From NCBI RefSeq assembly GCF_009914755.1, contig NC_060944.1: 64,000 bases of DNA; one strand, 5' to 3'. A model generated the notes under the pieces. The model saw nothing but the letters and a program-made list of their open reading frames with translations. It had not been told where the DNA came from and ran no database searches. This DNA is from the human T2T-CHM13v2.0 reference genome, Homo sapiens. Each line of letters begins with the position of its first letter. The stretch's first letter is position 1. Position numbers and translations under genes: made by a program. This document shows, in pieces, positions 1 through 13,614 of the stretch.

Positions 1-1569
1 CTCTACCTTCTCCTTTACCCAGACAGATGCCTGGACCTCTTCTTTAAAGCTTCGAAACCACAGCTGGTTTTCAGTTTCACCCAGGTAGGAAATGTCCAAT
101 CCAAACTTCCAACCCAGGTCTGGCCAACTCTAGAATCCAAGCCATAACACACTGTATACTATTATATATTTACCAAAAGACATACACATCTACCAAGAGA
201 GTCCCCATGCTAAGCATGGCTTGGCTTGAGAACTCCTTCTTCACAAGCATCAACATCTAAAGGAGTCTCTCATCACATACATGAAATCCCTGCTTATGGC
301 TCTGTCCAGAGGAGGCCTGTCCAAACCAGATGGCAAAGGCACGGGAGTCCCTGACTCTCTCTCTGCGCTAATGAGTCAGCAGGCAGGTGTGTGGGGAGTT
401 GAAAGCCAGCCACATGTCCGGCAAGCAGACCACTCTCTGCTACCACTGGAGGCATCAGCCAGCTGAGGGGGGCTCATCACACCCGCACCGTGGTTCAGCT
501 GAGCAAGATTGCTTAGGAAGAGCCTGGCATGTTCACGGTGCATGTGGAGTTAAGTCCTAGTAAAACAAGTCAGGGTTTCAGTCTCTCTGGAATTGTCACC
601 CTGTTTAAAGTCCTGAAATCACACAGCGTGGCACTAGTCATGGAACCAAAGTTCATCTACCAAAGTCCCAAGTGGGATTTAGAAGTAAATGAATCCTTAC
701 ATGTAATTGAGTCTCTGGCCCTGATTTGACCAGAGTTGGACCTGACTCAGGAATTCCCTGGTCCTGGCTTAACTTTTGTGGGGGTTTTGGTCTGGGCAGT
801 CCTGGCCACACCACAGCATCTGCCCGCTGAACAGATGCAGCTGTGGGGTCAGACAGCTCAGCAGGGGGTGATGGCATATGCTGAATTTTGGCATCTTCAA
901 CTTTGTGTACCCCAATTTCTCTCCTTTTCCAAAGAAAAGAGTTCCGTGTGGAATGGGGGCTGGTGATGGATGTTTCTGAGGTTGTTTGCCTGCTCTTGGT
1001 GCTCACGTATCAAGTGGGACAATCAGAGAATCAATGGACTCCATAAATAGTCCGGAATGACTTCCTATTTGTGACCAAATCCCTCCTGAGTCTGAACACC
1101 TGTTCGCCCAGCAGGCTGGCTGTTGTCAAACCACTTGGCAGTTGTTTGAAAGCAGGAAGTCTTTTCTCCATCAGAAGAAAGAAGAGGTTTCCCATAACTA
1201 TCAGACTTCGGGTACATATTTCCCTTCAGTTCTTTTTTTATTATTCCTTAAATTCATTGTTCATTTTGGAACTAAGTGTGCTGTCTGTTGCTGGCCTTGG
1301 AGCCACATTATGCACATATTCAAAGAAAAAAAAACAAGGCTGTGAGTTCCAGGGGTGACACCTGCAGCTGTCCTGGCATCCTGGTGCACACCGAGCTGGT
1401 GCGTATGAGAGCAACTGAGCAATGGTAGCCTCTGTTACCCCTGGGTCTGTGCTGAGCCCCATCATTCACGTGTCTCTGTAAGGGCTTCGAAAGGAAGCTC
1501 AAGGCTCCCATGCTACTACATCATGAAAGGCAGCAGAGATGTCTGCAATCCCCGGGCAGCACAGTGTGG

Positions 1570-2100
1570 TCCAGTCACTTACTCCATCGGTGAGTATCTT
1601 CTGAGTGACAATTCTAGGGCTCGGGGATATGATGGTGACCAAGACAGGAAAGGCCCATGCTCTCAAGGTGCTTCTGTGCTGCCAGAGGGAAGGTAGATGA
1701 TCAATAAGAAAAAATAAACCAGCAAGGTAATCTCCAGTAGGAGTGGTCTGAAGAGAGTAAAATAGGGGGACGTCAGGGCCTAGTGGGAGTGAGGGGCTGG
1801 CATGAGCCACCACAGATGGGAAGGGAACAAAGGCCTCTATGAAGAGGGAATCTTGGGGCTGAGACCCTAGTGGTATGAAGGAGGAGCCATGTGAAGACCT
1901 AGAATATTCCAGGAAGAGTGAACTCCCACTCCAAAGCCGTGAGGCAGGAACAGAGTGACTCGGTTAGGGGAACAGAAAGAAGACCGCTGATGCTGGAGAG
2001 CAGGGTCCTGGGTGAAGCCAAGGGCTAGGCAGGGCTGGGTGGGGGGTCCTGGGGCCTTGGTGAGCAGTTTAGTTGCAATTAGGACAATGATCTAGGAACT
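1570..2100 (-). mobile_element. L2 LINE 3' fragment (degenerate)
   Basis: Antisense L2 tail-like sequence (ctagggctcggggatatgatggtgaccaagacag...gcccatgctctcaagg) followed by purine-rich L2-like body. Confidence 0.55.
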
Positions 2101-4309
2101 TGCAGTCCTTGGGAGCAGTGATAAATCACAGAGAGTAGAAAGGAGTCAGAACCCCCAGTGTTAACCTAGATCTCTGAAGGTGCTCAGTGGTTCTAAACTA
2201 GCTTATTGTCATGGACCAAGCATTGCTAACACGACCTCAAGTGTGAGCCTCCGCCAGAGCCCTGGATGCCTTTGAGTGTTCGCTCAAATCCCCCTACTGC
2301 AGGCTCTGAGGAATTTCCTCCATTACCCTCTGCCTACCCTCCTCTCTCAGGAGCTCTGCATCCCCACTTCAAAGCACCCCACCTTCCCTCAGTCTTTGTT
2401 CCATTCCTGACAGATTGTGCAGGTGGTCAGGCTTAACCGCCTTCTCCTCATTGTCTAAATCTCATCCTTTTTCCACAGGCTGTCAGCATTCCCCTCTTAC
2501 AGGTGACCATTTTGATTAACGGATCCCAGGCTTTAGCATTTGCCACCCTCTCTCTGGGTACCACTTCCCTTCCATCCCATTTTGATATTAGAACACTCGG
2601 TCTGACCACGGCTTATGCTATTTTAAAGTATAAGAGTTAAATTAGGAAAAAAAACACGTTGGCCTCATCTCAATCCTGGAATGGTCCTAGATTTGGGAAA
2701 CTCCCAGAGAGTGTGGGATGGTCAAAGATCAAGCAAAGAGATTATTTTCACCGTTTGTACAAAGTGTATGATTGATCAGATTTACTTAAAGCTCCATCAT
2801 CACACAGTTTAACCACAGCTGTCTGATGTCTAAAGACTTTTACACTGTGTTTATTTCCAGTCCTTTCTCCTGTGATTTTTTTTTAATCACTTACATCTAC
2901 TGGCTAGTCTGTTTCCAATTAAGACTTCTACTAAGCTTTCTCTACGAAAGAGGTTTTTCTTTTCTTTTCTTTATAAAATGCATCCTTGGTATTAGAACGT
3001 AATAGCAACATATGAGTTTCTGAAGCTGAAGTCAACTGATTCTTAAAGATTCTTAGAATATATATTGGCTGCCACTAAGAGATTAATGTCAACCCCACAA
3101 GCCTGCCATATCAATTATCCCTATGTTTGTTCATTCAGAGCTGTAACACGTGCTGTCTGCTTTTTAATTCAGCATAGGCCTTCTTACATCTACCCATTGA
3201 GTCTCTGTTTAGTGACCTGATTTTTCGACGTCTTCCCCAGAAAGTCACAACCACTGCATTTTTAAGCTTCAGTTTTCCCCTTGAATCAACCCATCGAACG
3301 TGCCAAACCAAAAGAAAACTAATAAAATTTAATAGCATTGAAAAGAAAAACAAATTATACCTATCAGACTGCTTTTTTTCCCTAACTCCTCCACTCAAGA
3401 GGTTTGGGGAGACTGGAAGGGAAGAGGCTACACCTCTTGTCCTCTCTGCTCTGAATGACTGTGCCCACTTCTGAAGCCAATTCTGACACCCAGCCCTGAA
3501 TTCCTAGTCTGGGAACAGATATTCTAAAAGCCTAGAAACATCCTCAGCTTTGGTCTCATGATATCCCCCAGCTGGACTTCCTATTTGGCCAGCATGAGCA
3601 GCAAAGCAAAAGAAAGTTGGCCAAACTGACAGTTTCCCAGCCTTCCTCTCCATCAGGGCCTGTGGCAGCACACCCAAAACTGTGCTCAATAGATTCCTCT
3701 CCCTGAAAATTACCCAGGGGTGCAGGTGAGGCAGACCTGCCTGCCTGCCTGTTCCATGTGAACACACCACTCGCCAGTGTGCATAGCCTTGTCATGTTCT
3801 AGTTACTGCTGCCTGAGTGCTAGAGGCTTCCAATATGGGGAAGGATGACATATCATTTAAATTAGCTCCTTTTATGGCAGGAATGATTCTGGTTGACATT
3901 GGCTCAGGCAGTGCCCATAGAGATAATAGCAGTTGGTATTGATTTTATTTTTTATTTTGTAGCTCAGGGTGTTTAAAAATGTTTGGTGCTGAAATGCAAA
4001 AACACAAAATTTTTGCAGGGGATTTTAAGCTCCAGTAAAGCTCTAAAACCTCTCACTAAATTTGAATCTGGATGACTGCTTTGCAAATGATATTCATCTG
4101 ACTTTGATGAGTGAATTTTTAAACTCAGGGAAGTAACCGCTTCTTTGTGCATAAATATAAATAGGAAGCATTTGTGAATCCCTCATATGTAGGAGGGAGA
4201 TGAGAAAAGCAGGGACTTATAGGACTGAGAATGCAGAGGGAAGAAGGCCAGGGAAGGTCATGAACCAGAGGAGAATGCCCATGGCATAGAAGGATGTCAG
4301 AAAGCAGGA

Positions 4310-4420
4310 GGTCCAATCCCTCATTTTGCAGGTGAATGAACTGGTGGTCAGAACAGGGTGTGGCCTGTGCAAGTCCACACAGTGAAGAACTATCAAACTA
4401 GGACTTGAACCCCACTGTTC
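4310..4420 (-). mobile_element. MIR SINE fragment
   Basis: tccaatccctcattttgcaggtgaatgaactg...ggacttgaaccc core. Confidence 0.55.
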
Positions 4421-5329
4421 TGCTTTGGTCATTCCAGTGTATATGTGGACAGTGTGCGGCCAAGCCATGCCTCACACTTGGTACACCTGTCAACCCTTGT
4501 CCCTCTGCAGCCCCTCAGGCCCCTCTGTGAATTAAGGAAGAGAATGTAGGCATAGAAGAGGGTTGGACGTGTGAATGAGTTTAGATGTTTATCTTCAAGG
4601 AAGCCACCAGAAATATGAGTCAGTTCACAGACGTCCTTTGAGAACCCATAACATGGGACTTGCCTCCTTCTCCTGCCCTGATCCCCAATTGAAACTGATT
4701 CTTTAGACTCCCCATAGATCTTTTTCCTGGACACCAATCCAGTGAACAATCTCACTGTGCATCCTCTCCACCTGCTGTACTCTATGGAATGCTTTCTTCC
4801 TCCTGAAACCCCTCTTTTCTCACCCCAAATGGTAGCATTCCTTCTCCCACAGAGATGCTCTTGGCCACACCTCCTTCAAAAGGGATGGTCTCATCTGATC
4901 TCATGACATCAGTCCCCTCCTCTGGCACCCCACTCCTCATCCTTGGTCTTGATTTTTCTCCCATCCTCATGACTTAGTTTACAAATGGGTGCCAGATCTT
5001 TCCAGCCCGGGCCTTCTGAGGCAGGCTCCAATTGGGGGTCTAAGCTATGAACTAAATTACTTGCTCATTAATGTACCATTTCACCTGAGTTCTTCTGGTA
5101 CATTGGGTGCACCTTTGTGGTTTCTGTCACTCAGCCTTTAAGCCTCAGCTTCATGGCCGACTGTCCACATCCAGACTGCTGTCAAATCTAATCAATTCTT
5201 CCACTGTAGCATTTCTCATCCTGCCCCTTGCTTTCCAAGTCCACTGCACCATACACTCCAGACCTCCACTCTTGGTCAACTGGACTGCCAAAGTCCCCTC
5301 ACCCCTGTCTCTCTGTTCTTTATCCTCTG

Positions 5330-5720
5330 CTCCATCAAATTCATTTTCATACTGATAAGGCTTCCTGAGCCTCCACTCTGACGTTGCCTCTTGCCTGAAA
5401 GGCCCCCTTTGCTGGTCACATCCCAGTAGCCCTTTCTCATGTCTAGCTGTCTTTCCCCTGTCCATATCTACAGCAGAACTGAACTGCTCGTTGTGTCTTA
5501 CCTTTGTTGTCTTACCTGTGTGCTTGTGCTTATGTTGTTCTTCCTAACCAGAATGCCCTTTTTCATCTCTGTTCACTTCAACCCATCTCCCAATTTTAAA
5601 AGTGCAAGTCATTTTTGTCCTTCAAATCTGTAGTCTGTGTCACCTCCTGCAAGAAGCCTTCCCTGGTTTCCCCAGGTGGACACAATCTTCTCTTCTTTGA
5701 ACTGCCATAGCAATCTTTCG
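5330..5720 (+). mobile_element. L2 fragment(s)
   Basis: Pyrimidine-rich; tgtcacctcctgcaagaagccttccctgg is an L2-like motif. Confidence 0.45.
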
Positions 5721-6924
5721 GTTTTATCTTGATATTGGTGTGGGCCGATGATAGTCTTTAATAGACTCCTAAACTTGTTCGTCTGAATTGATTGTTCTGG
5801 TATTTGCTTTCTTTGGTGATGATGATATGGAGTAAGAGTGTATAGAAAAATACATACACAGATGACTGTTAATTAGCAACATAAGATTTAAATACATATT
5901 AAAGACCACAAGAAATGTGAAGTTACTGGTTGGTAAATGATTACCAAATGGATTGTACAGACTTCAAGATCCCAATGCATCATTCTACAACATGAGTTAA
6001 AGTCAGTCCTTTAATATCTGTACCATTTGCTGGTGTCTTCTCATTTAGGACACACAGTTCTATGAGAAGCATAACTAGGTAAATAACTTTTCTTTGCAGA
6101 TTAGCAATACTTGCTCCATTTTTCATGTATGCTTTGGTTGTTTCTATAGAATGACCGTGTCACAATAAGGCTTTTAAAAAGAATAATAATATGTTTTTTA
6201 AGTTGTCAAAAAGGAGGGTGTAATGTATAATGGAGGCAGAGGTTCTTCGTTGATCTAAGTTCAGCATTCATTATCTGAATCACTGCTGTTGGCAGGTTGC
6301 ATAGGAAAGCAAACTTGTCAAAACACACAATATTCACTAATGATCTGACCGCTTTAAAAACCTAGGCCCCCTCCTACTTTTTTTCCTGCTTAACAATAGC
6401 ATCTCTCCCCATTCATTACATAAGCCAATTTTTGGCCATTTGTTGGAAATTGTAACATTCCCATAAAAATACAAACTGACTGCAAACTGAAACTGAAAAT
6501 CTGGCAGAGATAGAGGGTTTCATGAGGCAGACGTGTTGAATGATGTCTCCATCCCACGTACAAAGGCATTAATGAAGGAGGCTCCTGCAATTGAGGAAGA
6601 AAAAAAATCAAGGATGACAACCCAGGTTCTCTATCCCCCCAAAGAAAATGATTCTAATATTAAAGGATCAGGATGGAGACTTGGAAAACTTGATGAAACT
6701 CTTGAATGTTTTTCCCCAAACTCTCTTTATGACCATGCAGGAAAATGAAATACGAAGGAGGGGGTTATTATCTTATGTTCTTCTACCATTTTATGGGGAA
6801 ATTACACCAAGGAACAATTAACTTGGTGGCAGGACATGGTTGCTCTTATAACCTGATTTTTTTTTTTCAGTTATAAAGACTTTTATTTCTGTCCTACCAC
6901 AATAGAGAAATCTTAATTTTTTAG

Positions 6925-7177
6925 TATTTATTTTTATGTATGTATTTATTTATTTTTTAATTTTACTTTAAGTTCCAGGATACATGTGCAGACTGTGCAG
7001 GCTTTTGTTATATAGGTATACATGTACCATGGTGGTTTGCTGCTATCAACCTGTCATCTAGGTTTTAAGCCCCGCATGCATTAGGTATTTGTCCTAATGC
7101 TCTCCCTCCCCTTGCCCCCCACCTCCAACAGGCCCCGGTGTGTGTTGTTCCCCTCCCTGTGTCCATGTGTTTTCATT
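6925..7177 (-). mobile_element. L1PA 3' end, 5'-truncated, antisense
   Basis: T-rich tail, then ttttactttaagttccaggatacatgtgcag...ccctccctgtgtccatgtg (primate L1 3'UTR); degenerate TSD agaaatcttaattttt / agaacctaaattttt. Confidence 0.88.
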
Positions 7178-8069
7178 AGAACCTAAATTTTTAAGAAAAC
7201 ATTAGGTTCACATGTTTTGCTTTTGAAGCTAAAATCTCAATGCAACCATTCTTTACTTATGCAACTTATTCCCATTTCAGGTAGTTTACCTGACCATGTC
7301 TTTTCTTTACCAGCTATCCTCATATTTATTAAGTTTAAATAATGGGAGAGGTGTCTTTCTCTGAAAAAGGACTTTGAGACCACAAAGAGTTTGGTTTGGA
7401 GCTGTGTGCCTGTGAGTCAGGTGGAAGTGATAGCAGTAACTGGAACTTTGCAGTGTTTGCCAACAAATGGAACAGACTTTCATTCATCTTAGGTTTAACC
7501 ACAAATCCTCTGTTTCTACTCACTGAGTCAATACATCTTGAATCGCAGACCAGGAAACTCAGGTGGAAAACTGCTCATTTGTTTTCTTTATGAGCTAACT
7601 ACAGTCCATCACCCCAATTCCAGTGAAATAAAGCTTTTTGTGACAGTTGGTACTTTTTTCTTATTTTTCTTTCCTGTTTCTTTTGTCTTCCTCGGCTTTC
7701 TTCTTCTCCTTTTCCTTCCACTTCCTTCTTATCATTCTCTTCATTCTCCCCTTCTTTTATTTTTCTTTTTGGTTTTCATTCTGTTTTGTACCAAATTGTT
7801 GTTTCAGTTACAAAGGAAAACATTGGGATCTCCTAGGTACAATTTTGCTTCTCCAAGGTGTACAACATTAATCTTAAAATAAACCCGAGAGATGAGGTGG
7901 TCTACCCCACTCTGGCCTAGAGACGGAACAGTGGGGCTGGGCTGGGACCCCACAGATGCACAGCCCCAAGCCACATCCTTAGGCAGCTGCCTGCCATGCC
8001 TCTTGAGGGATAGCCACAGAGGGGATTGACAAGAATCTAGGGATATCAAATCTTGGAGCCTTTTTTCTG

Positions 8070-8600
8070 CATCAAGTTTTGTATTCCCCAGAAGTAGGAC
8101 CTCAGACAAAGATTCTAGAGCAGTTAATTTATTTGGGATAGGATCCTAGGAAACACTGAGTGGGGAGTGGGAGAGAAAGACAAAGGAGAGAATAAAGGCA
8201 ACCAAAGGTGTGTTATCAAGCAGGTCACTGCTCTGGACACCAAGGTTTGACCCCATGGTGGAATCCTGGAAGATGATGGGGTACACATACTTCAGAGTGG
8301 CCACCTGGGGGGTCAGAGAGCTGGAATATTTGTACACCAGCTCCCATTAGTCAGTGCTGCCCCTTGAGGGTATCACTCCTGAGCACATCCAGCCTGGCCA
8401 TGTGAGGGCAGAGTGGGCTCGGGCCACCAGGGCACTTGGACAGAGTTGCGGGCACTGGAAGCTGGAAGTCCAGCCCCCATGCATGGAAAGGGCTGGTAAG
8501 ATATACAGGCAGGAACCAGCTGTATCTGCCACACACCACATCACAGAAACACACTGCAGAGGGCACAGCGTCCACTCTTCTACACTCAGGTAGGAAGATG
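8070..8600 (-). mobile_element. ERVL-class LTR (LTR33/LTR16-like)
   Basis: ttccccagaagtaggacctcagacaaagatt...tttatttgggataggatcctaggaaacac resembles the reversed LTR33/16 3' end. Confidence 0.55.
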
Positions 8601-9846
8601 CTGGCTTCACGGATGCTAAATTCCCTTTTCAACAAGGATGGCAGGAAGGGGTCCTAGAAGGCCAGGACAGACCTAGATCCAAGTGACTGCCTCACAGAAG
8701 GAACCCCATGGGGAAGGTCTCATCAATGCACTCAACAATGCAGATTCAACAGGCGGGCAGACTCAGCTTAGAGCAGAAGATGGATATCATTCAGCCCATC
8801 TCCACTGCAAGATTCCTCACTTCTCTGCCTTTTTCTCAGTCATTAGAGTGAAGGTCAAATCTATCACTGGAGTGGTTCTTGGAACAGAGAAGAAAAGAAG
8901 TGGCTGTAACCCGTTGAGAGATTTTTTGAATACAGGAGTCAGTCTGATAGCTCAACCAGGATTCTTGATCCCCACTTAGGACTCTCTAAGCAGAGTAGCC
9001 CATACATGATTGTCTTCATTTTCATCCATAAAGCCACTGGACAAATGGATGGAAATGGGAAAATATACCTGGCTGCAGCAGAGCCTTTGGCCAAGTCCAG
9101 AACCTTTCCAAAGGCTTTTTTGACTTTCAGGAATTGGGATGGTTTGTTCCTTCATCTGCCCTTCCACTAACCAGACCATCTTCCAGAATGGAAATCATAG
9201 TAAGAGTGCAGAATAATCTCAGGGTTCCAAGAGGACATTAGGGACTATTCAATCCAAATTTTCTCCCAATACAGTACTCCTTGAAGGGTCTGTTGGTCCC
9301 ACACCTATCGGGCTGTGTCCCTTTGCTTCACAATCACTGCCCTTAGCAAGAGGTTCCTGCATGGCTGAGTCTAACACTGACCCTTGGCCTCTTCCTCCTT
9401 TACATAAAGCAGCCTTTGGCGCACTTGTTCACTCCTGGAATCGTTGCTTCCCGCAGCCTCCAGGCTCCCCGTTGCCCTGGCCATCCTCTTACCTCCCCTG
9501 CCTGCCCACCTTGGTTGCTTTTTCTCTCCTCCCCACTGAGGTGTTATGTCTTCTGACAATGTTCCTTCTCTCTCCACACTCGCTTTCAGGCTTGCGGCTT
9601 TCCATACCTTCTGTGCGCTGATGAGGCTAGCCACCCGTCCCTAGTTGTCTACTTGACATTCTCAAATATGTCCAGACCTGCTCTCCTGGCCCTCCCCACA
9701 ACATCAAATCTTCTAAGTAAATGGTGTCTCCATCTTTCCAGCAGCTCTAACAAACCTTGGGGCCATCCTTGGTTGACCCTATGCCCCATATCCCATGTCA
9801 AAGCTAACAGGAAATCCTGTGGATTTACCTTCAAAATACATCCAGA

Positions 9847-10151
9847 TGCAAAGTTACTGCTAGACGGGAGGAAGAAGCTCTGGCATTCTGTAGCACCACA
9901 GGGCGAATATGGTTGACAGTGATTTAGTGTATACTTTCAAGAAGCTAGAAGAGAGGATTTTTAATGTGCACAACACAAAGAAATGATCAATGTTCAAGGT
10001 GATGGATCTGCTGTGTACCCTGATGTGATCGTTAAGCATTGTATACATGTATCAAATATCACTCTGTATCCTACAAATATGCACAGTTATTTAATATCAC
10101 ATGTCAATGAAAAGTAAAAGGAAAAAAATAAAACTCAAGAACCCTTAAGAA

Positions 10152-10199
<48 letters not shown>

Positions 10200-10209
10200 A
10201 ATGTTTTTA
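9847..10209 (+). mobile_element. L1MA-type 3' end with 14-bp TSD
   Basis: aagctagaagagaggatttt...aaagaaatgatcaatgttcaaggtgatgga 3'UTR; exact TSD AAAATACATCCAGA at 9833-9846 and 10210-10223. Confidence 0.85.
10154..10193. repeat. (GT)20 microsatellite in the L1 tail
   Basis: Direct observation. Confidence 0.95.
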
Positions 10210-11669
10210 AAAATACATCCAGAATCTGACCACTGTGATCACCCCCCCTCTGCTGCCATCTGGCTCAGCTGCCACAATCCCTCCTTGGGATGACTGCAGG
10301 AGGCCCCTCAGGGCTCTCCCTGTTTCTTTCCTCATCTCCTGGTGGGTGCTCTGTGCCCCACCAAGCACTCAGAATCGTGTCAGAAGGTCTGAGTAGAGCC
10401 ACTCCACTTACACCCTCCACCAGGGTCCCATTGTGCTTAGAGTAAAAGGCAAACTCAGACTTCCTCACCTACAGTCCACCCCTTCCTCAGGTCCCTCCAG
10501 TCTCCCTGGCCACCTTGCTGTTTCCCACACGGTCCTGCCTTGGCACCTGCTCTGACTTTGTTCATGGACATCTGTGCCCCAGACTTCCAATGTTCTCTTC
10601 CTCATGACTTTCCAAATGTCACCATCTTGGTAAGGTCTTTTGTGGTCACCCTACTCACATGTTCACACACGTCCCCACCCAGAACCCCCAGTTCCCCTTC
10701 TCTGTCTTTTAAGTTTTAATTCTCCATCCTATGTATCATCATGAACATGCTGTATAATTTAAAATCTATTTGTGTATTATAAAACTTCCTCCAATGGGAT
10801 GTGAGCATTATGGGGCAGACAGCTTTATCAATTTTGTTTCTTGCTCTATCCTCAGTATCTGAACAGTGCCCAAAATCCATTTGGTGGCTGAATGATGGCT
10901 GAACAAACACCATAATCAAGTGCCTATCCCCAATGGCTTATAGTTCAGGGATAAAGAGCCTACCATTTTACAAGGCACTTCTATTATTTTTTTAAAGAGT
11001 TCTTTTCTAAAGAGTTCTTTTTTAGAGTATCTTGCTGAATTCTCCCTGGAATGTGTGGCAGTTGGTTCAGTTTCTGCATTCTCTGCCAAAACAAAATACA
11101 TCTATTCCCCGTTTTAATCAAATAATCTCAGATCAATTCCTGGGCGTCACTTCCACCTATGATGGAAACCGTTCTCTGCCTCTTGGCCTCAAGACACCTG
11201 TTCCTCCTTGGGATGTTCACGCATGGCCAATGTCTCCATTACAGAGTGGGACCCAGACCTGGAGGATATTATTCTCTAGAAGTGTAATGAACAATGCTGA
11301 GCATGGAGAGATGCCCACCTCTTCCCCATCACATGAAAAACCTTTTCACCCAGATGAAGGCTTCCTTGGTTTGCGTAGCTGTTGATGCTCACCCTTGACT
11401 CATGGGAATGTTTGAGCAGCTCCAGTCTCCATGTATTTTTCCCATGCACCACCCTGTTCTATATTAAGATGTGAAATTCTTTGCGTTCAACCCGCTTACA
11501 CCACCCTTGTTTGTCCTGGCGCAGACTGTTGACATCCTTTTAAATCTTGATTCTCTTATGCGGGGGCTGGCTCTGCCTCCCAGTTGTGTATATCCACAGA
11601 TCTGATGAGCAGTTTCAACAGTGTGATGAGGGTGGGACAGTTTGCATCTGGAATCTTTAAGAGATTGCA

Positions 11670-11930
11670 ATTGAGAGTGTGATTAAGAGCTTGAGATTTA
11701 CAGCCAGACTGTTGGGACTAAAATCTATCTTTACCATTTGCTATCTGTATGAAGTTGAGCAAATTAATTAAATTATCTGTGCCTCAGTTTCCTCAACTGT
11801 AAAATGGATTAATAATAATAGCTTTACCTCATGGAGTAATTGCATTAACTAAATGAGTTAATACACTCAGAGTACTTAGAATGGCACCAGCTATATAGAA
11901 AGTACTCAGTAAAAATGACCTGTTATTATG
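11670..11930 (+). mobile_element. MIR SINE
   Basis: ctgtgcctcagtttcctcaactgtaaaatgg core. Confidence 0.85.
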
Positions 11931-12863
11931 CTCTTGGACATGCAATATCTTTCTCCTAGAATGTGCTTCATGCAGGGCTGGGCCCCAGCCCATCCTCTCC
12001 TGGAAGCTGTCCCTTAGTGCCACAGGCCCATTGATTCTCCTTCCTCCAGATATTAGTTTTTACCACAGAACCTGGCAAAGATCGCTTTGGATCCCATTCC
12101 ACCGTTCTTGCCCACTTAGCACATGTTATTCTGGGCCACAAAGATGGACTGTGGGCACTGGAAGAGCAAGTGCCATTGCACAGCAGGTTCTTATTAACCA
12201 AAGACGCAGCCCAAATTGTAGCGTTGGGAGAGTGCACTCGGTGACACTGAGGCCTCTGTTGTTGCCATGTGGATTCAAGTTAAAATGCCACTGACTCTAC
12301 AGCTGCTGTGACTTTGCCTCTTTTCCTAAGTGGATCCTTGACCTGGATCACTCTGCTAGGAACACTAAGACTGGTAATCAATAATGAGGCTGGATTAGAA
12401 GGAAGATGAATGATCCACTGGGTTAGCGTTTAACAACCCAAATTGAAATTTGCTGGTGGGACGTGTGTGTGTGGGTATGTGTGCACTGTGATTAGTGAAT
12501 CTCTTCTGTTTGCTCATCATCCAAACCATAATCTTTTTGTTAAAGCCGTAATCTTTTAAGCTTTAATTTTACAGACTATGTGGTCTTTAGCTTCATCCTT
12601 AAACAGATCTGTAAGGGTAAAGCATCTTAACCACCAAGTGGTTTGATTCCTTCTCCCATTGGTTTTGTTGTTATTTGGTTCAGATTTTCTTATGTTTTTG
12701 GTGGGGGAAGAGGAGAGTCATTTAAAAATATATATATCATGGAGGGATCAAATCAGAGTCCGGAAGTTGTAAATGAATTAATTAAATGCTGTCACCAGTT
12801 GGGTTCTCTGGAAGCAGACACGAAGACAGAGTTTTGAGTGCAAGATATTTTTTAATCAATACC

Positions 12864-13210
12864 TATGTTAGTCCATTCTCAAATTGCTATAACTAAATAG
12901 CTGAGACTGGGTAATTTATAAAGAAAATAGTTTTAATTGGCTCGCATTCTGCAGACTGTACAGGAAACATAATGCTGGCATCTGTTCTGTTTCTGGAGAG
13001 GCCTCAGGAAGCTTACAATGGTGACGGAAGGTGAAGGGAAAGCAGGCATATCACACGGCCAGAGCAGGAGCAAGAGAGAGCAAGGCAGGAGGTGCTACAC
13101 ACTTTCAAACAACCAGATCTCTAAAAAATTCACTCACTATCACGAGAACAGCACCAAACGGATGATGCTAAACCATTCATGAGAAATCCACTCCCATGTT
13201 CCAATCAGCT
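12864..13210 (-). mobile_element. MST (MaLR) LTR, truncated
   Basis: ctgagactgggtaatttataaagaaaa...gaggcctcaggaagcttacaat...ctcactatcacgagaacagcacc. Confidence 0.85.
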
Positions 13211-13614
13211 ACCAGCACCAGAACAAAACAGGCAGAACAAGAGGGGATAGCTTTGCTTGCTGAGTCTTCTGGCTCTTTTATTCTTCCCACACTGGACCCT
13301 TGCTTCTGTTCCTCCTGCCCTTGGACATCAAACTCCAGGTTCTTTGGCCTTTGGACTCTGAGACTTGCACCAGTGGCTTCCTGGGGACTCTCAGACCTTT
13401 GCCCACAGACTGAAGGCTACACTGTTGGCTTCCCTGCTTTTGAGGCTTTTGGACTCAGACTGAGCCACTACTGGCTTCTCTCTTCCCCAGCTTGCAGACA
13501 GCCTATGGTGGGACTTCACCTTGTAATTATCTGAGCCAATTCTCCCTAATAAACTCCTTCTATAGGTACATAGATCCTATTGGTGCTGTCCCTCTGAGAC
13601 CCCTAACTAATACA
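13205..13614 (+). mobile_element. MLT2A-type (ERVL) LTR, 3' portion
   Basis: cccttggacatcaaactccaggttc...gtgggacttcaccttgt...ccctaactaataca terminus. Confidence 0.85.

Larger units (their letters stand above)
9560..10910 (+). mobile_element. L2 LINE fragment interrupted by an L1
   Basis: L2 motifs (aaatcctgtggatttaccttcaaaatacatccagaatctgaccact; gaacagtgcc...tggctgaatga tail), contiguous once the L1 is removed. Confidence 0.7.

Noticed and set aside
10993-11021. 15-bp-period duplication TAAAGAGTTCTTTT (similar 17-bp one at 46997-47026)
   Set aside because: Ordinary slippage micro-duplications with no sign of function.
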